A DNA stretch of 64,000 nt from an uncultured Alphaproteobacteria bacterium (GCA_913047365.1 CAJWUK010000001.1:6413-70412), one strand, 5' to 3'. Counted from the stretch's first letter, positions 1 to 9,755 are shown. Program-made: numbers and translations. The notes: generated by a model not told the origin, from the sequence alone.

Positions 1-2362
1 ACGGCAGTTCGATCTCAAATGTCCCCAGCGCATCCGCAGCGGCATTCGCAACCGCCGTAGGTGCCAACATCGATGATCCATCCCCCATACCTTTCGCACC
101 GAGCGAATTATGCGGCGACGGCGTATTGAAATGGCCAATGGTCAGTTCGGGTATTTCAGGCGCGGTGATGCAGAGATAGTCAGCGAAGGTACCTGATTGC
201 GGGTTCGCCCCGGCGTCGTAAACAAGCTCTTCCAGCATCGCGCCGCCAAGCCCGTGCGCGAAACCGCCGTATATCTGGCCTTCGACCACCAGTTCGTTCA
301 GCACATTGCCGACATCGTGTACGGAAACGTATTTCACGATCTCAATCTCGCCGGTCTTGGGATCAATTTCCATCGCCGCCAGATCGAATACGTAGCCGAA
401 CGTCACTGCACTGGCGACACGGTCCTGTTCGTCCGGTGCATCCAGCATCGGTGGGTTCATGATCGTGGTTTCGAATAGGCCGGGGTCCAGTTCCTTCGGA
501 AGTCCGGTCGGATGCCAATGGGTCTGCGCCGCCACGCGGCGCAACGGCAGCGCTTTTTCCGGCACGCCGACTACGCGCGCCTCGCCACCCACCAGTTCGA
601 TATCTTCGGGTGCAACTTCCAGATTTTCCGCTGCGATTAGACTTATCTTCCTGGCGACTTTCTCCGCGCTTGCGGCAATTGCGCCGACGACCACAGACGA
701 AAAACGGTTTGCATAGTTGCCGGAGGCCAGCGACCAAGCACTGGTCAGTGTATCGACCTCTGTCACAACGTCGATCTGATCCGGCCTCAGGCCAAGCGCA
801 TCGGCGACAACCTGCGCCGCGACTGTCTGGTGTCCCTGCCCAGCGGGCGTGGAAACGGTTTTCACCGTAACCGACCCGGACGGATCTATAGAGACAGTCG
901 CCGTGCCGAGGCCACCGGACCTGCCGCCGGCTTTGGCACGCTCTTCAGGCGTCTGCGCCAGGGTGACATATGCCATGTTCGAACCAGATGGCTCGATGCC
1001 CGCTGCCATGCCGATGCCGAACAGCTTTCCGTCCGCCCGCGCCTTATCGCGTCTTTTCTTGAGCGCATCATAATCCGCCAGATCCAATGCCTGATTGAGG
1101 CCGGTTTCGTAGTCGCCGGAATCGTATGTTGCGCCTGCAGGCGCGTTATAGGGAAAGGCTTCCGGCGCAATAAAATTGCGGCGCCGAATTTCGGCGGGAT
1201 CCACTCCCAGCTCTTTCGCGCCGGCATCCATCACCCGTTCCAGGGCATAATAGAATTGCGGGCCGCCATAACCGCGGTTCAGGCCGATAGGCGTGGTGTT
1301 GGTCACTACCAGACGGTTGTCGACGAAGATGTTTTGAACCCTGTAGCATCCGTTCGACGCCGCATGCATCCGGTAGACCGATGCGGGCTCCGGCGCACGG
1401 ACATAGGCCCCGACATTCACTAGGTTTTCGAACCGAAGGCCGACCAACTCACCATCATTCGAAAAGGCGGCCTCTACCCTGTCGGCCCGATCGGACGCGG
1501 TAGAAGACCCAACCAGATGTTCTAAGCGGTCTTCGATCCATTTCAGCGGGCATCCCAAAACCTTCGAACAGCCCGCCAGCAGGACCATGTAGGGAAACAT
1601 TGCCTGCTTTATCCCGAAACTGCCGCCTGAATGGGGTGACGTGACCAGGCGCAGGCGGTTTCCGGCAACTCCGAGGGCGCCGGTCATTAGTGCGTGCAAG
1701 ATGAACGGTCCCTGAAAATTGGACCAGATGGTGTAGCGGTCAGGCTGGCGTTCGAAATTCGCGACCAGCCCGTATGTTTCCATTGGCGTTGAGGCGTAGC
1801 GCGGATATCGCCAGTCCAGCGAAACCACCGTATCGGCATTTTCAAAGGCAGATTCCGGATCCCCGTAACGGAAGGTCCGGTGATGGACAAGGTTGGAGCC
1901 GACGTCGTCGTGCAGAATTGCCGCATCGCCCGAGGCGCCGAATTTCGGGTCGGCGGTTGCGGGCAACGGGTCGTATTCGATCTCGATCAGCTCGAGTGCA
2001 TCCTCCGCGATGTAGCGGTCTTCCGCGGCCACGACCGCAACCGGCTCACCCACATACCGGACTTTATCGATGGCGATTGGATAAAATTTGATCGGCACCC
2101 GTATCGCGCTTGGAATGGGATTTATCACGTCTGCGATCTCAGCGCCGGTGACGACCCCGTGAACGCCAGCCAACTCATCGGCCTTCGACGTATCGATAGA
2201 GACAATCCGCGCATGGGGGTGCGGCGACCGAAGGATGGCCGCATGCCGGATTCCCGGCACCGGCTCCATATCGTCGATAAACCGGGCGTTTCCCGTAAGA
2301 AGCGCAGCATCCTCCTTTCTGGGATACCGCGTTCCTACCCAGCGATCGGCCACGTCAGACAC
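1..2362 (-). CDS. xanthine dehydrogenase/CO dehydrogenase family molybdopterin-binding large subunit (CoxL-like); 3' end beyond window start
   Basis: Reverse-strand translation from GTG at 2362 (alt GTG 2353; AGGAGG upstream) is open to position 1: VADRWVGTRYPRKEDAALLTGNARFIDD... GLNRGYGGPQFYY ... typical N-terminus and core of CoxL/XdhB-type hydroxylases. Absent from ORF track because its stop lies outside the window. Confidence 0.8.
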   Translation of the reverse strand, partial: MSDVADRWVGTRYPRKEDAALLTGNARFIDDMEPVPGIRHAAILRSPHPHARIVSIDTSKADELAGVHGVVTGAEIADVINPIPSAIRVPIKFYPIAIDKVRYVGEPVAVVAAEDRYIAEDALELIEIEYDPLPATADPKFGASGDAAILHDDVGSNLVHHRTFRYGDPESAFENADTVVSLDWRYPRYASTPMETYGLVANFERQPDRYTIWSNFQGPFILHALMTGALGVAGNRLRLVTSPHSGGSFGIKQAMFPYMVLLAGCSKVLGCPLKWIEDRLEHLVGSSTASDRADRVEAAFSNDGELVGLRFENLVNVGAYVRAPEPASVYRMHAASNGCYRVQNIFVDNRLVVTNTTPIGLNRGYGGPQFYYALERVMDAGAKELGVDPAEIRRRNFIAPEAFPYNAPAGATYDSGDYETGLNQALDLADYDALKKRRDKARADGKLFGIGMAAGIEPSGSNMAYVTLAQTPEERAKAGGRSGGLGTATVSIDPSGSVTVKTVSTPAGQGHQTVAAQVVADALGLRPDQIDVVTEVDTLTSAWSLASGNYANRFSSVVVGAIAASAEKVARKISLIAAENLEVAPEDIELVGGEARVVGVPEKALPLRRVAAQTHWHPTGLPKELDPGLFETTIMNPPMLDAPDEQDRVASAVTFGYVFDLAAMEIDPKTGEIEIVKYVSVHDVGNVLNELVVEGQIYGGFAHGLGGAMLEELVYDAGANPQSGTFADYLCITAPEIPELTIGHFNTPSPHNSLGAKGMGDGSSMLAPTAVANAAADALGTFEIELP

Positions 2363-2377
2363 AGTCCGCCGGTCCTC

Positions 2378-2935
2378 CTATCTGTTGTTGAGGGCGACCG
2401 CCGCAGAGCAGTAATCGGCGACCATTGCGTTCAGCATTTTCGCAAGATCTTCATTCGCGATATTGCCGTCGTCGTCAAACGCCCCGGGCGCCTGCGCAAG
2501 GGTAAACATTTTCGGATACACCCAGGTACCGAGGGCTTCAAACGAAATCCGCAGGCTCATGAGGCCGCGCACCCCGCCAACCAACGATGGTGACGCGGAA
2601 CTCAGCAGGACGGATTTTTTGTCCAGGGGCACCGGCTGTATGCGGGACAGCCAGTCGACTGCATTCTTGATGGTGGCGGGCGGCAACCAGTTATACTCCG
2701 GCGAGGTCAGGATCATCCCGTCGGAATTAGTGATCCGGTCGGCCAACGCCTGGGCGCCCGCTGGGATCCCTGACGATTGCTGATCGTCCATATTGAATGC
2801 TGGCATATCGAAATCGCTCATGCGGGCAAAATCGACCTCTGCACCATTAGCTTCCGCCACCTTTGCGATAAGTTTGGATAACTTCAGATTGATGGATTCT
2901 TTCCGCAGCGAGGCGGAATAAACGAAAATTTTCAT
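2378..2935 (-). CDS. NADPH-dependent FMN reductase family protein (flavodoxin-like)
   Basis: 185 aa, MKIFVYSASLRKESINLKLSKL... matches the SsuE/ChrR-type NAD(P)H FMN reductase N-terminal motif; lies 16 nt upstream of the CoxL-like gene on the same strand. Confidence 0.8.
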   Translation of the reverse strand: MKIFVYSASLRKESINLKLSKLIAKVAEANGAEVDFARMSDFDMPAFNMDDQQSSGIPAGAQALADRITNSDGMILTSPEYNWLPPATIKNAVDWLSRIQPVPLDKKSVLLSSASPSLVGGVRGLMSLRISFEALGTWVYPKMFTLAQAPGAFDDDGNIANEDLAKMLNAMVADYCSAAVALNNR

Positions 2936-3094
2936 CTCTTGTATCCCAATTTAGGCGTTTATTGGCGGGAACATACCGGCCAAACCATCCCCCGTCTATT
3001 CGGGCTCAGATCATTATGGTTCTGCCCCCTCTTCGGACGGTATTCTTCCTTCCGACGGTATTCTTCGCCGCCAAACAGGAGAACCCTCTGGACG

Positions 3095-3529
3095 ATGAAA
3101 ACCCCAAGCGTAAGGGTAGTGACAAACCCGAAAGAACTGGAACTATGTCTCGACATCCGGATAAGAGTGTTCTGTCATGAACAGGGCGTCAGCCGAGACA
3201 TCGAACTGGACGGCCTGGACGGCGTCTGCCGCCACTATGTGGCATTTCAAGAGGCCGATGCCGTTGGAACCGCTCGTGCCCGTCCAATTGACGACAAAAC
3301 GATCAAATTCGAGCGGGTCGCCGTGCTGAAAGAATTGCGCGGCCGGGATTTCGGCAAATCCCTCATGAAACTGGCAATTTCGGATGCTACTGAGAACGGT
3401 TATCGAAAGGCTATTCTCAATGCCCAAACCCACGCAGAGCCGTTCTATCAATCTCTCGGGTTTTCCCAGCAAGGAGAACGATTTGAAGAAGCAGGAATCC
3501 CACATATACAGATGATTCGAATGCTTTAA
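3095..3529 (+). CDS. GNAT family N-acetyltransferase
   Basis: ORF-track entry 2939..3529 trimmed to internal ATG 3095 (MKTPSVRVVTNPKELELCLDIRIRVF...), 144 aa; acetyl-CoA-binding style segment RVAVLKELRGRDFGKSLM. Confidence 0.7.
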   Translation: MKTPSVRVVTNPKELELCLDIRIRVFCHEQGVSRDIELDGLDGVCRHYVAFQEADAVGTARARPIDDKTIKFERVAVLKELRGRDFGKSLMKLAISDATENGYRKAILNAQTHAEPFYQSLGFSQQGERFEEAGIPHIQMIRML

Positions 3530-3610
3530 ACGGCTTTGGCGAGTATACAGTTAAGCAACCATATTTTATACGAAGGCTAGCGTCAGGTCCGGATATCCGC
3601 AGAGGTAATA

Positions 3611-4795
3611 GTGAATAGCCAGAAAGTTTTGATCGCCGGTGCGGGCCTTGGCGGGCTTGCCGCAGCAGGCTGTCTTTTAAAAGCAGGTTTTGACGTCGAA
3701 ATTTATGAACAGGCGCCTCAACTTGGGGAGGTCGGCGCGGGCATTCAGCTTAGCGCGAATGCCATGCATGTGATGAACCACCTAGGGGTAGCAGAGGAAA
3801 TTTCCGCCCACTCGGTCAGACCCGCTGCCTATGTGTTCCGCCTGCACGACACCGGAGAAGAAATCGACCGGTTTTCACTTGCCGAAGAACATCTGGAAAT
3901 GCACAAAGCGCCCTATAATCAGGTGCACCGTGCCGATCTGCACGACATCCTTGCGAGAGGCGTTCAAGAGATGGAACCGGGCCTTGTTCATTTGAACAAG
4001 TGTGTGACCGGATACGTTGAAACCGAAAACTATGTCGAACTTCGCTTCGATGATGGCACATCAGCCAAGGGCGACGTTCTTGTCGGCGCGGACGGCGTGA
4101 AATCCGTTATTCGCGATCAGGTCGCCGGTTCTGTCGAAGCTATTTATACCGGCGACGCCGCTTGGCGGTTGACTGTCCCGAAGGAAAAATTGCCGGCGGA
4201 CTTCATGGATGAAGTGATGTCGGTGTGGATGGGACCGGGCAAGCACTCCGTTTCTTACTGGATTCGCGGCGGCGAATTGCTCAATTTCGTCGGAGCCGTG
4301 GAAACGCCCGTAGCCCGGGAAGAAAGCTGGACCGCAAAATTTTCATGGGAAAACCTTAAGGCAGATTTCGAAGGCTGGCACGAAGACATTCAGATGATCA
4401 TCGATCAGTCGAACCGGGACGAATGTTACCGCTGGTCTTTGTACCGACGGCCGACGATCGATGACTGGAGTTCGGATCGTGTCACGATCCTAGGCGACGC
4501 CGCACACGCAACCCTGCCCTATCTGGCTCAGGGCGCCGCAATGGCGGTGGAAGACGGTGCGGTGCTGACGCGCGCCCTGCTCGATGCGGATAATGTTTCC
4601 GATGCGCTGCAACTCTATCAGCGTAACCGGTCAGACCGAACGGCGCGGGTAGTCAATACATCGGATGCCAACCGCAAGCTGTTCCATCTCGATAGTGTCG
4701 AAGATATCAGGGATTATTTCGCGACCCGGAATGAAGGGGCCAGCCGGAATGAATGGCTGTACTCCTACAATCCGATGACCGTGGACCTGATCTGA
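3611..4795 (+). CDS. FAD-dependent aromatic-ring monooxygenase (salicylate/3-hydroxybenzoate hydroxylase family)
   Basis: 394 aa; GAGLGGLAAAG dinucleotide fold at N-terminus, DG..S..R and GDAAHA motifs of PF01494 hydroxylases. Confidence 0.85.
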   Translation: MNSQKVLIAGAGLGGLAAAGCLLKAGFDVEIYEQAPQLGEVGAGIQLSANAMHVMNHLGVAEEISAHSVRPAAYVFRLHDTGEEIDRFSLAEEHLEMHKAPYNQVHRADLHDILARGVQEMEPGLVHLNKCVTGYVETENYVELRFDDGTSAKGDVLVGADGVKSVIRDQVAGSVEAIYTGDAAWRLTVPKEKLPADFMDEVMSVWMGPGKHSVSYWIRGGELLNFVGAVETPVAREESWTAKFSWENLKADFEGWHEDIQMIIDQSNRDECYRWSLYRRPTIDDWSSDRVTILGDAAHATLPYLAQGAAMAVEDGAVLTRALLDADNVSDALQLYQRNRSDRTARVVNTSDANRKLFHLDSVEDIRDYFATRNEGASRNEWLYSYNPMTVDLI

Positions 4796-4800
4796 CGAGT

Positions 4801-5664
4801 CTAGCCGGTCGCCAGTTTACCGGCATTGAAATCGTCAACGGCCTGCTGAAGCTCTTCACGTGTGTTCATCACAAAGGGACCGTATTTGGCAACCGGTTCA
4901 TTTATCGGCTGACCTTCGCAGTACAGAATTTCCGCCCCGGGATCGCCTGCGATGACGGACACTCCGCCCTGGCCATGAAACAAAACCGTCCCCGGCGCCT
5001 CAATTTCATGCCGGTTACCGTCGGCGGCAGTGCCGACAAGCGAGCCTTCGTAGACACATATAAACAGATCGCTGCCGTCATCAGGATTGATCGTCCATGT
5101 CGCCCTTGGATCGAGACGGACATCCAGCAGACGGATCGATATCTGAGGCTGCGCCGGCCCATCTATCCCCAGATAGGAACCGGCAATCACCCGAGCCGAG
5201 CCACCATCGAAAGCGGCTGAACCGATCCGGTCGGCCGGAATATCCTGATAGCCGGGCGGCATCATCTTTTTCTCTGCGGGCAGGTTCACCCAAAGCTGAA
5301 ATCCTCTCAGCCGACCATCGACCATTTCCGGCAGTTCTGAATGAATAATGCCCCGTCCGGCAGTCATCCACTGCACGTCGCCCGGTTTCAACAGCCCATT
5401 ATTTCCGACAGAATCCTGATGCCGCATCAGGCCTTCCAGCATGATCGTCACCGTTTCGAACCCGCGATGAGGATGATTTGGGAAACCAGCGATGTAGCTG
5501 TCCGGATCGTCACTATCGATGCGGTCCAGCATCAAAAACGGATCAACCATGTCTAGATCCGGCGTACCGACCATTCGAGTCAACTGCACACCCGCTCCAT
5601 CGGTGGCGGGTATGCCGGCGTAAATTCCGGAAAGATGTCTGGTATCGGTCATTGGTTGCTCCAA
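4801..5664 (-). CDS. pirin family protein
   Basis: 287 aa; HPHRGFETVTIMLEG cupin metal-binding motif typical of pirin/quercetinase. Confidence 0.9.
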   Translation of the reverse strand: MEQPMTDTRHLSGIYAGIPATDGAGVQLTRMVGTPDLDMVDPFLMLDRIDSDDPDSYIAGFPNHPHRGFETVTIMLEGLMRHQDSVGNNGLLKPGDVQWMTAGRGIIHSELPEMVDGRLRGFQLWVNLPAEKKMMPPGYQDIPADRIGSAAFDGGSARVIAGSYLGIDGPAQPQISIRLLDVRLDPRATWTINPDDGSDLFICVYEGSLVGTAADGNRHEIEAPGTVLFHGQGGVSVIAGDPGAEILYCEGQPINEPVAKYGPFVMNTREELQQAVDDFNAGKLATG

Positions 5665-5779
5665 ACGGGCTGTACAGAGCGTGAAGATATTACGAGCGAG
5701 CCGGCAAACAAATGGGATTCACCCCATTTTTGTTCATTTCCCGGGGCACCGGACCGGGTGTCGCTTCAAGCATTGTCTA

Positions 5780-6129
5780 TATTTCTTCGCGAGGCTTCTC
5801 CAACCACTGATGACGGAAAGCGATTACATTGATCACCGTCGCGCGAGCACAGTGCAGCGCATCATCCGGACGCCGGGTCCAGGTTCTCATACGGGCCTCC
5901 AAGACGGGGTCAGCCGGACGAAGCGCTGACGAGGGGAAAACGTTGTCCAAGTTTTCTCGTATGAGCGCAGAGGCGATTATCTATCGCCCGTCATGCATCA
6001 GCGTGGGCTGGCATCCGTTGGGCTTCAGCTTCAAATACGCAGCCGGCTGTTGCTCCCGCGCCCTCAGATAAACCTGGAGATCGATGAAATTGAGTTTCTT
6101 CTCGGCAAGAACCAGCCGGACCTTCTACG
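5780..6129 (-). pseudogene. glutathione S-transferase pseudogene (in-frame TAG, truncated at both ends)
   Basis: Minus-frame translation: KVRLVLAEKKLNFIDLQVYLRAREQQPAAYLKLKPNGCQPTLMHDGR*IIASALIRENLDNVFPSSALRPADPVLEARMRTW... The thioredoxin-like GST N-domain (..NPNG..P.L.DDG..IxES.AI..YL....P...L.P.DP..RA..R.W) is readable across a TAG stop at 5981-5983. A stop precedes the first codon and the reading ends after ~118 codons. Confidence 0.5.
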
Positions 6130-6166
6130 TACAGACCGAACAGTTGGAATGGGAATGCTACAAGTG

Positions 6167-7021
6167 TCATGCGGTCCCTGCGGTACGCTCGGCAAAGGTA
6201 CGGAAATTATGGGGCTCGCGGCCCAGAATCCAGCCCAGTACCCGCGCGCTGCCGACCAGGCCATGGTCATCGTAATGGGCGAACATCCGCCGCATGCACT
6301 CCTGGCCATATTCGTCTACGCCCATAGATGCCGCGTGGGATACCGCGGCGTCAGCGGGCAGTTTTTCGGCGCGGATCGGCTGCCCCAGAACATCGCTAAG
6401 GATCTCGGCCTTTTCTTCCAGCGTGATTTCCGGCCCACATATTTCAAAAATACCGTTAGTACATCCCGGATCCGCGGCTACTCTACACGCAGCTTCTGCC
6501 ACATCATCCAGATCGACCAAACTCATCGAAACCCCGGTATCATAGGCCATGGCGTGAGCGCCTGTTTCCAGCATCCGTCCCCAGCCCGGAAGCATGTTCT
6601 GATAGTAGGATCCGACCTGCAGAATGCTGTAAGGCACGCCGGATTCTACAATGGCTTCTTCCACTAACAAGCGTTCCCAGTGGTGCTTCAGCGCCTTGAC
6701 CTGGGTGTGCAGGACGGAATGAAAGATCAATCGCTCCACGTTAGCCGATTTCGCCGCCGCGATAACGTTATTTCCAATCGTCTTTTCAGCCGACGTCATA
6801 TTGGGACAGATGTAATAGATCGCCCGGCATCCGTTCGCCGCAACAGTGACCTCATCTTCGTTCAGCAAATCGGCATGTACGATTTCCAAGGCCCCAAGAT
6901 CGCGTAACTCGTCGTCGCGATTCTCTGATCTCAACATTGCCCGAACATCTTCGCCGGTCTTTGAAAAAGCCGAAATCATTGCTTTGCCCGTTTTTCCGCC
7001 GGCGCTGGTTATCAGAATCAT
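6167..7021 (-). CDS. NmrA-family NAD(P)-binding protein (atypical SDR)
   Basis: 284 aa; MILITSAGGKTGKAMI Rossmann start with NmrA-like layout. Confidence 0.75.
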   Translation of the reverse strand: MILITSAGGKTGKAMISAFSKTGEDVRAMLRSENRDDELRDLGALEIVHADLLNEDEVTVAANGCRAIYYICPNMTSAEKTIGNNVIAAAKSANVERLIFHSVLHTQVKALKHHWERLLVEEAIVESGVPYSILQVGSYYQNMLPGWGRMLETGAHAMAYDTGVSMSLVDLDDVAEAACRVAADPGCTNGIFEICGPEITLEEKAEILSDVLGQPIRAEKLPADAAVSHAASMGVDEYGQECMRRMFAHYDDHGLVGSARVLGWILGREPHNFRTFAERTAGTA

Positions 7022-7117
7022 ATTTTGATCTCCCTGTTACCGGGCAGACTAGCGAACCATGGGCGCTGCTGCCATTGTTAGGATTGAACACGACCATTAA
7101 GGAAGAAGAGACCGACG

Positions 7118-7468
7118 ATGACCAATATTCAGAGAGCGGACCCCGGCCCACGCATGAGTAAAGCCGTTCGCCACGGTGATACGATATACACAATGGGCCA
7201 CGTGGCCCGCGACCGCAGCGGCGATATCCGTGCCCAAACAGCAGATATTCTTGAAAGAATGGACACAACATTGGCAGAAATGGGATCCGACAAGTCGAAA
7301 CTTCTGTCGGTCACGATTTATCTGGCAGATATGGCCGATTTCCCGGCGATGAATGAAATCTGGGATGGCTGGGTGGACGGTCCCGATGCTCCGGCCCGCA
7401 CCACTGTCGGCGCCCCGCTGGCATCTGCGGAAATTCTGGTGGAAATGACGGCGACAGCCGCTGCCTGA
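7118..7468 (+). CDS. RidA family protein (YjgF/reactive intermediate deaminase)
   Basis: 116 aa; typical RidA length and C-terminal ...TTVGAPLASAEILVE motif region. Confidence 0.85.
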   Translation: MTNIQRADPGPRMSKAVRHGDTIYTMGHVARDRSGDIRAQTADILERMDTTLAEMGSDKSKLLSVTIYLADMADFPAMNEIWDGWVDGPDAPARTTVGAPLASAEILVEMTATAAA

Positions 7469-7774
7469 CGACGGGCTTTTTTAAGAATTTCTGCCTACTC
7501 TTCGCGAGGTTAAGGGAGCCTCGCCGGAGGTAAGTATGTCCACCGCGACAGCGATTGCGCCGAACCGGGAAAGCAGCCGCGGAATGTATACTGACGAGCG
7601 GATGGTTGCGGCGCTTGTCTATTCCCAAAACAGGTAGACCGGCAAGACCGAGACGATCTATCGCAAGATCGCCAAGAATGATACGTCCAATGCCGGCGCG
7701 CACCAAATTTTTGGCATTATAGCGCGGGGATCTAACGGGCGATCAATACGGTGCTTGCCGCACGGATTGTCTAA

Positions 7775-7802
7775 GAAAAAACCCTTTTCCGAATACTAAG
7801 GG
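7775..7802 (-). terminator. putative rho-independent terminator downstream of msrB
   Basis: On the minus strand: CCCTT-loop-AAGGG hairpin followed by TTTTTT (plus-strand reads aaaaaacccttttccgaatactaaggg). Confidence 0.45.
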
Positions 7803-7819
7803 CTTCAGTCTGGCCTGCC

Positions 7820-8221
7820 CTAGTCGGCTTTAGGTTCCAGTTTCATTGAAACCGAGTTCATACAGTAACGTTGACCTGTGGGCATGGGACCGTCGGGAAA
7901 AACATGCCCAAGATGGGCATCGCACCGGGCGCAATGGACCTCGGTCCGTTGCATCAGCATCGACCGATCCGTCTGTGTCTCTACCGCATCGCTGTTCAGC
8001 GGCTGATAGAAGCTGGGCCATCCGGTACCTGAATCGAATTTATGATCGGCATCAAACAACGGATGCCCGCAACAGATACAGTGATACGTACCCGGATCCT
8101 TGCAGTCGTTATATTTGCCGGTAAAGGCCCGTTCGGTACCGTGCTGACGGGTTACATGGAACTGTTCGTCAGTCAGTTGCGCCCGCCAGTCGTCTTCGGA
8201 CTTCTTGATCTTCTCGGCCAT
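7820..8221 (-). CDS. msrB: peptide-methionine (R)-S-oxide reductase
   Basis: 133 aa; the two CxxC pairs (CICCGHPLF ... [12 protein letters not shown]) and the GWPSF motif are diagnostic of MsrB/SelR. Confidence 0.9.
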   Translation of the reverse strand: MAEKIKKSEDDWRAQLTDEQFHVTRQHGTERAFTGKYNDCKDPGTYHCICCGHPLFDADHKFDSGTGWPSFYQPLNSDAVETQTDRSMLMQRTEVHCARCDAHLGHVFPDGPMPTGQRYCMNSVSMKLEPKAD

Positions 8222-8228
8222 TTTGGCG

Positions 8229-8963
8229 TCAGGCTCCGTTCTTGCCGTTGATCTTTTTCAGGATTTCCCCGAAATCCCGCAACGCCTGTCCGGCATCGCC
8301 GTTATAGCTTGACCCGTGCATGCAGGCCAAGGTCTCGGGATTTAGATCGGCGAGCCCCTCGAGAATCGGGATCGTTTCATCGGTATACGGCACGGAATTA
8401 GACATCGGCCCCTCTGCCTGGCGCGTGTTGTATTCCTCCGAACGTCCGGCGATATCGCCCTCGTAAAGGGCCTCCACGTTTCCGCCCTGTCCAAGCAGGT
8501 CGGAACAGAAAAGCGTGGAAGCCGTTTCCTCGAATAACAGGCTGGCGTCCCACCCGTGAGGGACGTGTTTGGTTTCAATTACGCGAAACCGGTGCGATCC
8601 TGTCTCTATTCGCTCGCCCTCTTCCAGTACCCTTGGCGGTCGATCGGCAAAATCGCCTACGCTGGTCCGCGCGCCAACGAAGCTGCATAAGGGTTCGGCA
8701 TGCGGTGCAATGGCGAGCCATTCGTTCAGCGATCCGCATTCGTCCGATTCAAAATGGCTGAATCCGACCCACCGGATCTTCGACGAGTCCAGAACCGTAT
8801 CCACCCCTTCGCGGATATCGTTGAAGTAACCCCGAAGATTGGTGTGATAAAGAAGCGGTTCATCATCACGCACAAGAAACGACGAAAATTGAAAATTAGC
8901 CGCCTCGTTAAAGCAGGTGACCCGGAACAAATCAGGCGCGATTTCATCTACGGTGGCAGTCAC
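8229..8963 (-). CDS. metallo-beta-lactamase-fold di-iron protein (ODP/flavodiiron-core-like), no flavodoxin domain
   Basis: 244 aa; HFESDE matches the HxExD first ligand set of the flavodiiron/ODP beta-lactamase-like domain rather than zinc HxHxDH. 7 nt upstream of msrB. Confidence 0.55.
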   Translation of the reverse strand: MTATVDEIAPDLFRVTCFNEAANFQFSSFLVRDDEPLLYHTNLRGYFNDIREGVDTVLDSSKIRWVGFSHFESDECGSLNEWLAIAPHAEPLCSFVGARTSVGDFADRPPRVLEEGERIETGSHRFRVIETKHVPHGWDASLLFEETASTLFCSDLLGQGGNVEALYEGDIAGRSEEYNTRQAEGPMSNSVPYTDETIPILEGLADLNPETLACMHGSSYNGDAGQALRDFGEILKKINGKNGA

Positions 8964-8966
8964 GGG

Positions 8967-9755
8967 TTAGTCCATATATTCGGTGGTGACGTCGTTCAGT
9001 TGGCGAATAAGCGCCGGCCATTCCCGTTCTCCCGTTCCCGCTTCATCATACTGCTTCGCCGTGTGCTCGCACACTTCCTTGGACGGAAAGCGGATCTTCT
9101 GTCCACCGGCTGCCGCGGCAGATAACAGCGAAAGCTGTGCCGAGCAGACCTTTTCCAGGAAGTACATCTGCACCCAGGCATCTGCGACGGTGTTGCCGGT
9201 GGTCAGCAAACCGTGATTGCGCAAAATCATAACCTTATTGTCGCCAAGATCCTGAACCAGACGTTCCCTTTCGGACAGGTCCAACGCGATGCCTTCGAAA
9301 TCGTGATAGGCCGTGTGGCCATAGAACATCATCGCGTCCTGGTTCGTATACATCAGCCCGTCCTCCAGCGCCGATACCGCCATCCCGGCCTCGGTATGGG
9401 TGTGAATAACACACATAGCGTCGTCCCGGGCCTGATGGATCGCGCTGTGGATAGTGTAGCCCGCGTTATTGATTTTGTGGGGCGTGTCATCGAGGATATT
9501 CCCCTCTAGATCAATTTTCACCAGATTCGACGCCGTCACCTCGTCCCAGCGAAGACCGAACGGATTAAGCAGAAAATGATGATCCGGCCCCGGAATACGG
9601 GCAGATATGTGGTTGTAGACCAGTGTCGTCGTCCACCCATACAGATGGGCAAGCCGATAAGCAGCGGCGAGATCGACACGGACTTTCCATTCTTCATCGC
9701 TGATGCGGTCCCTAAGCGACGGGCCAGTAATATCGCGAACGGCAGTGGCATTCAT
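8967..9755 (-). CDS. class II aldolase/adducin family protein
   Basis: 262 aa; aldolase_II-type N-terminal domain (..AYRLAHLYGWTTTLVYNHISARIP..HHFLLNP.G..). A 3-nt gap precedes the di-iron gene. Confidence 0.8.
   Translation of the reverse strand: MNATAVRDITGPSLRDRISDEEWKVRVDLAAAYRLAHLYGWTTTLVYNHISARIPGPDHHFLLNPFGLRWDEVTASNLVKIDLEGNILDDTPHKINNAGYTIHSAIHQARDDAMCVIHTHTEAGMAVSALEDGLMYTNQDAMMFYGHTAYHDFEGIALDLSERERLVQDLGDNKVMILRNHGLLTTGNTVADAWVQMYFLEKVCSAQLSLLSAAAAGGQKIRFPSKEVCEHTAKQYDEAGTGEREWPALIRQLNDVTTEYMD

Noticed and set aside
2378-2935. Possible UbiX/Pad1 flavin prenyltransferase partner for the UbiD-like genes
   Set aside because: The N-terminal motif (VYSASLRKESIN) is that of NADPH-dependent FMN reductases, not UbiX (GISGASG...); no UbiX-like ORF was found in the window.
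2939-3094. N-terminal extensions of ORF-track entries (also 16420..16617, 21813..21941, 28738..30450 5' part, 30422..30454, 35065..36270 5' part, 39431..41077 5' part, 41337..42713 5' part, 61419..63098 5' part)
   Set aside because: The extensions are low-complexity and precede internal ATGs that give family-typical N-termini, and in several cases recreate ATGA or short overlaps with the upstream gene. The longer ORFs arise because the track uses the first in-frame ATG/GTG/TTG.
7455-7482. Terminator after the RidA gene
   Set aside because: A T6 run is present after a GC-rich segment, but I could not form a convincing stem of at least 5 bp (only GCC/GGC-type 3-4 bp pairings), so it is not listed as a feature.
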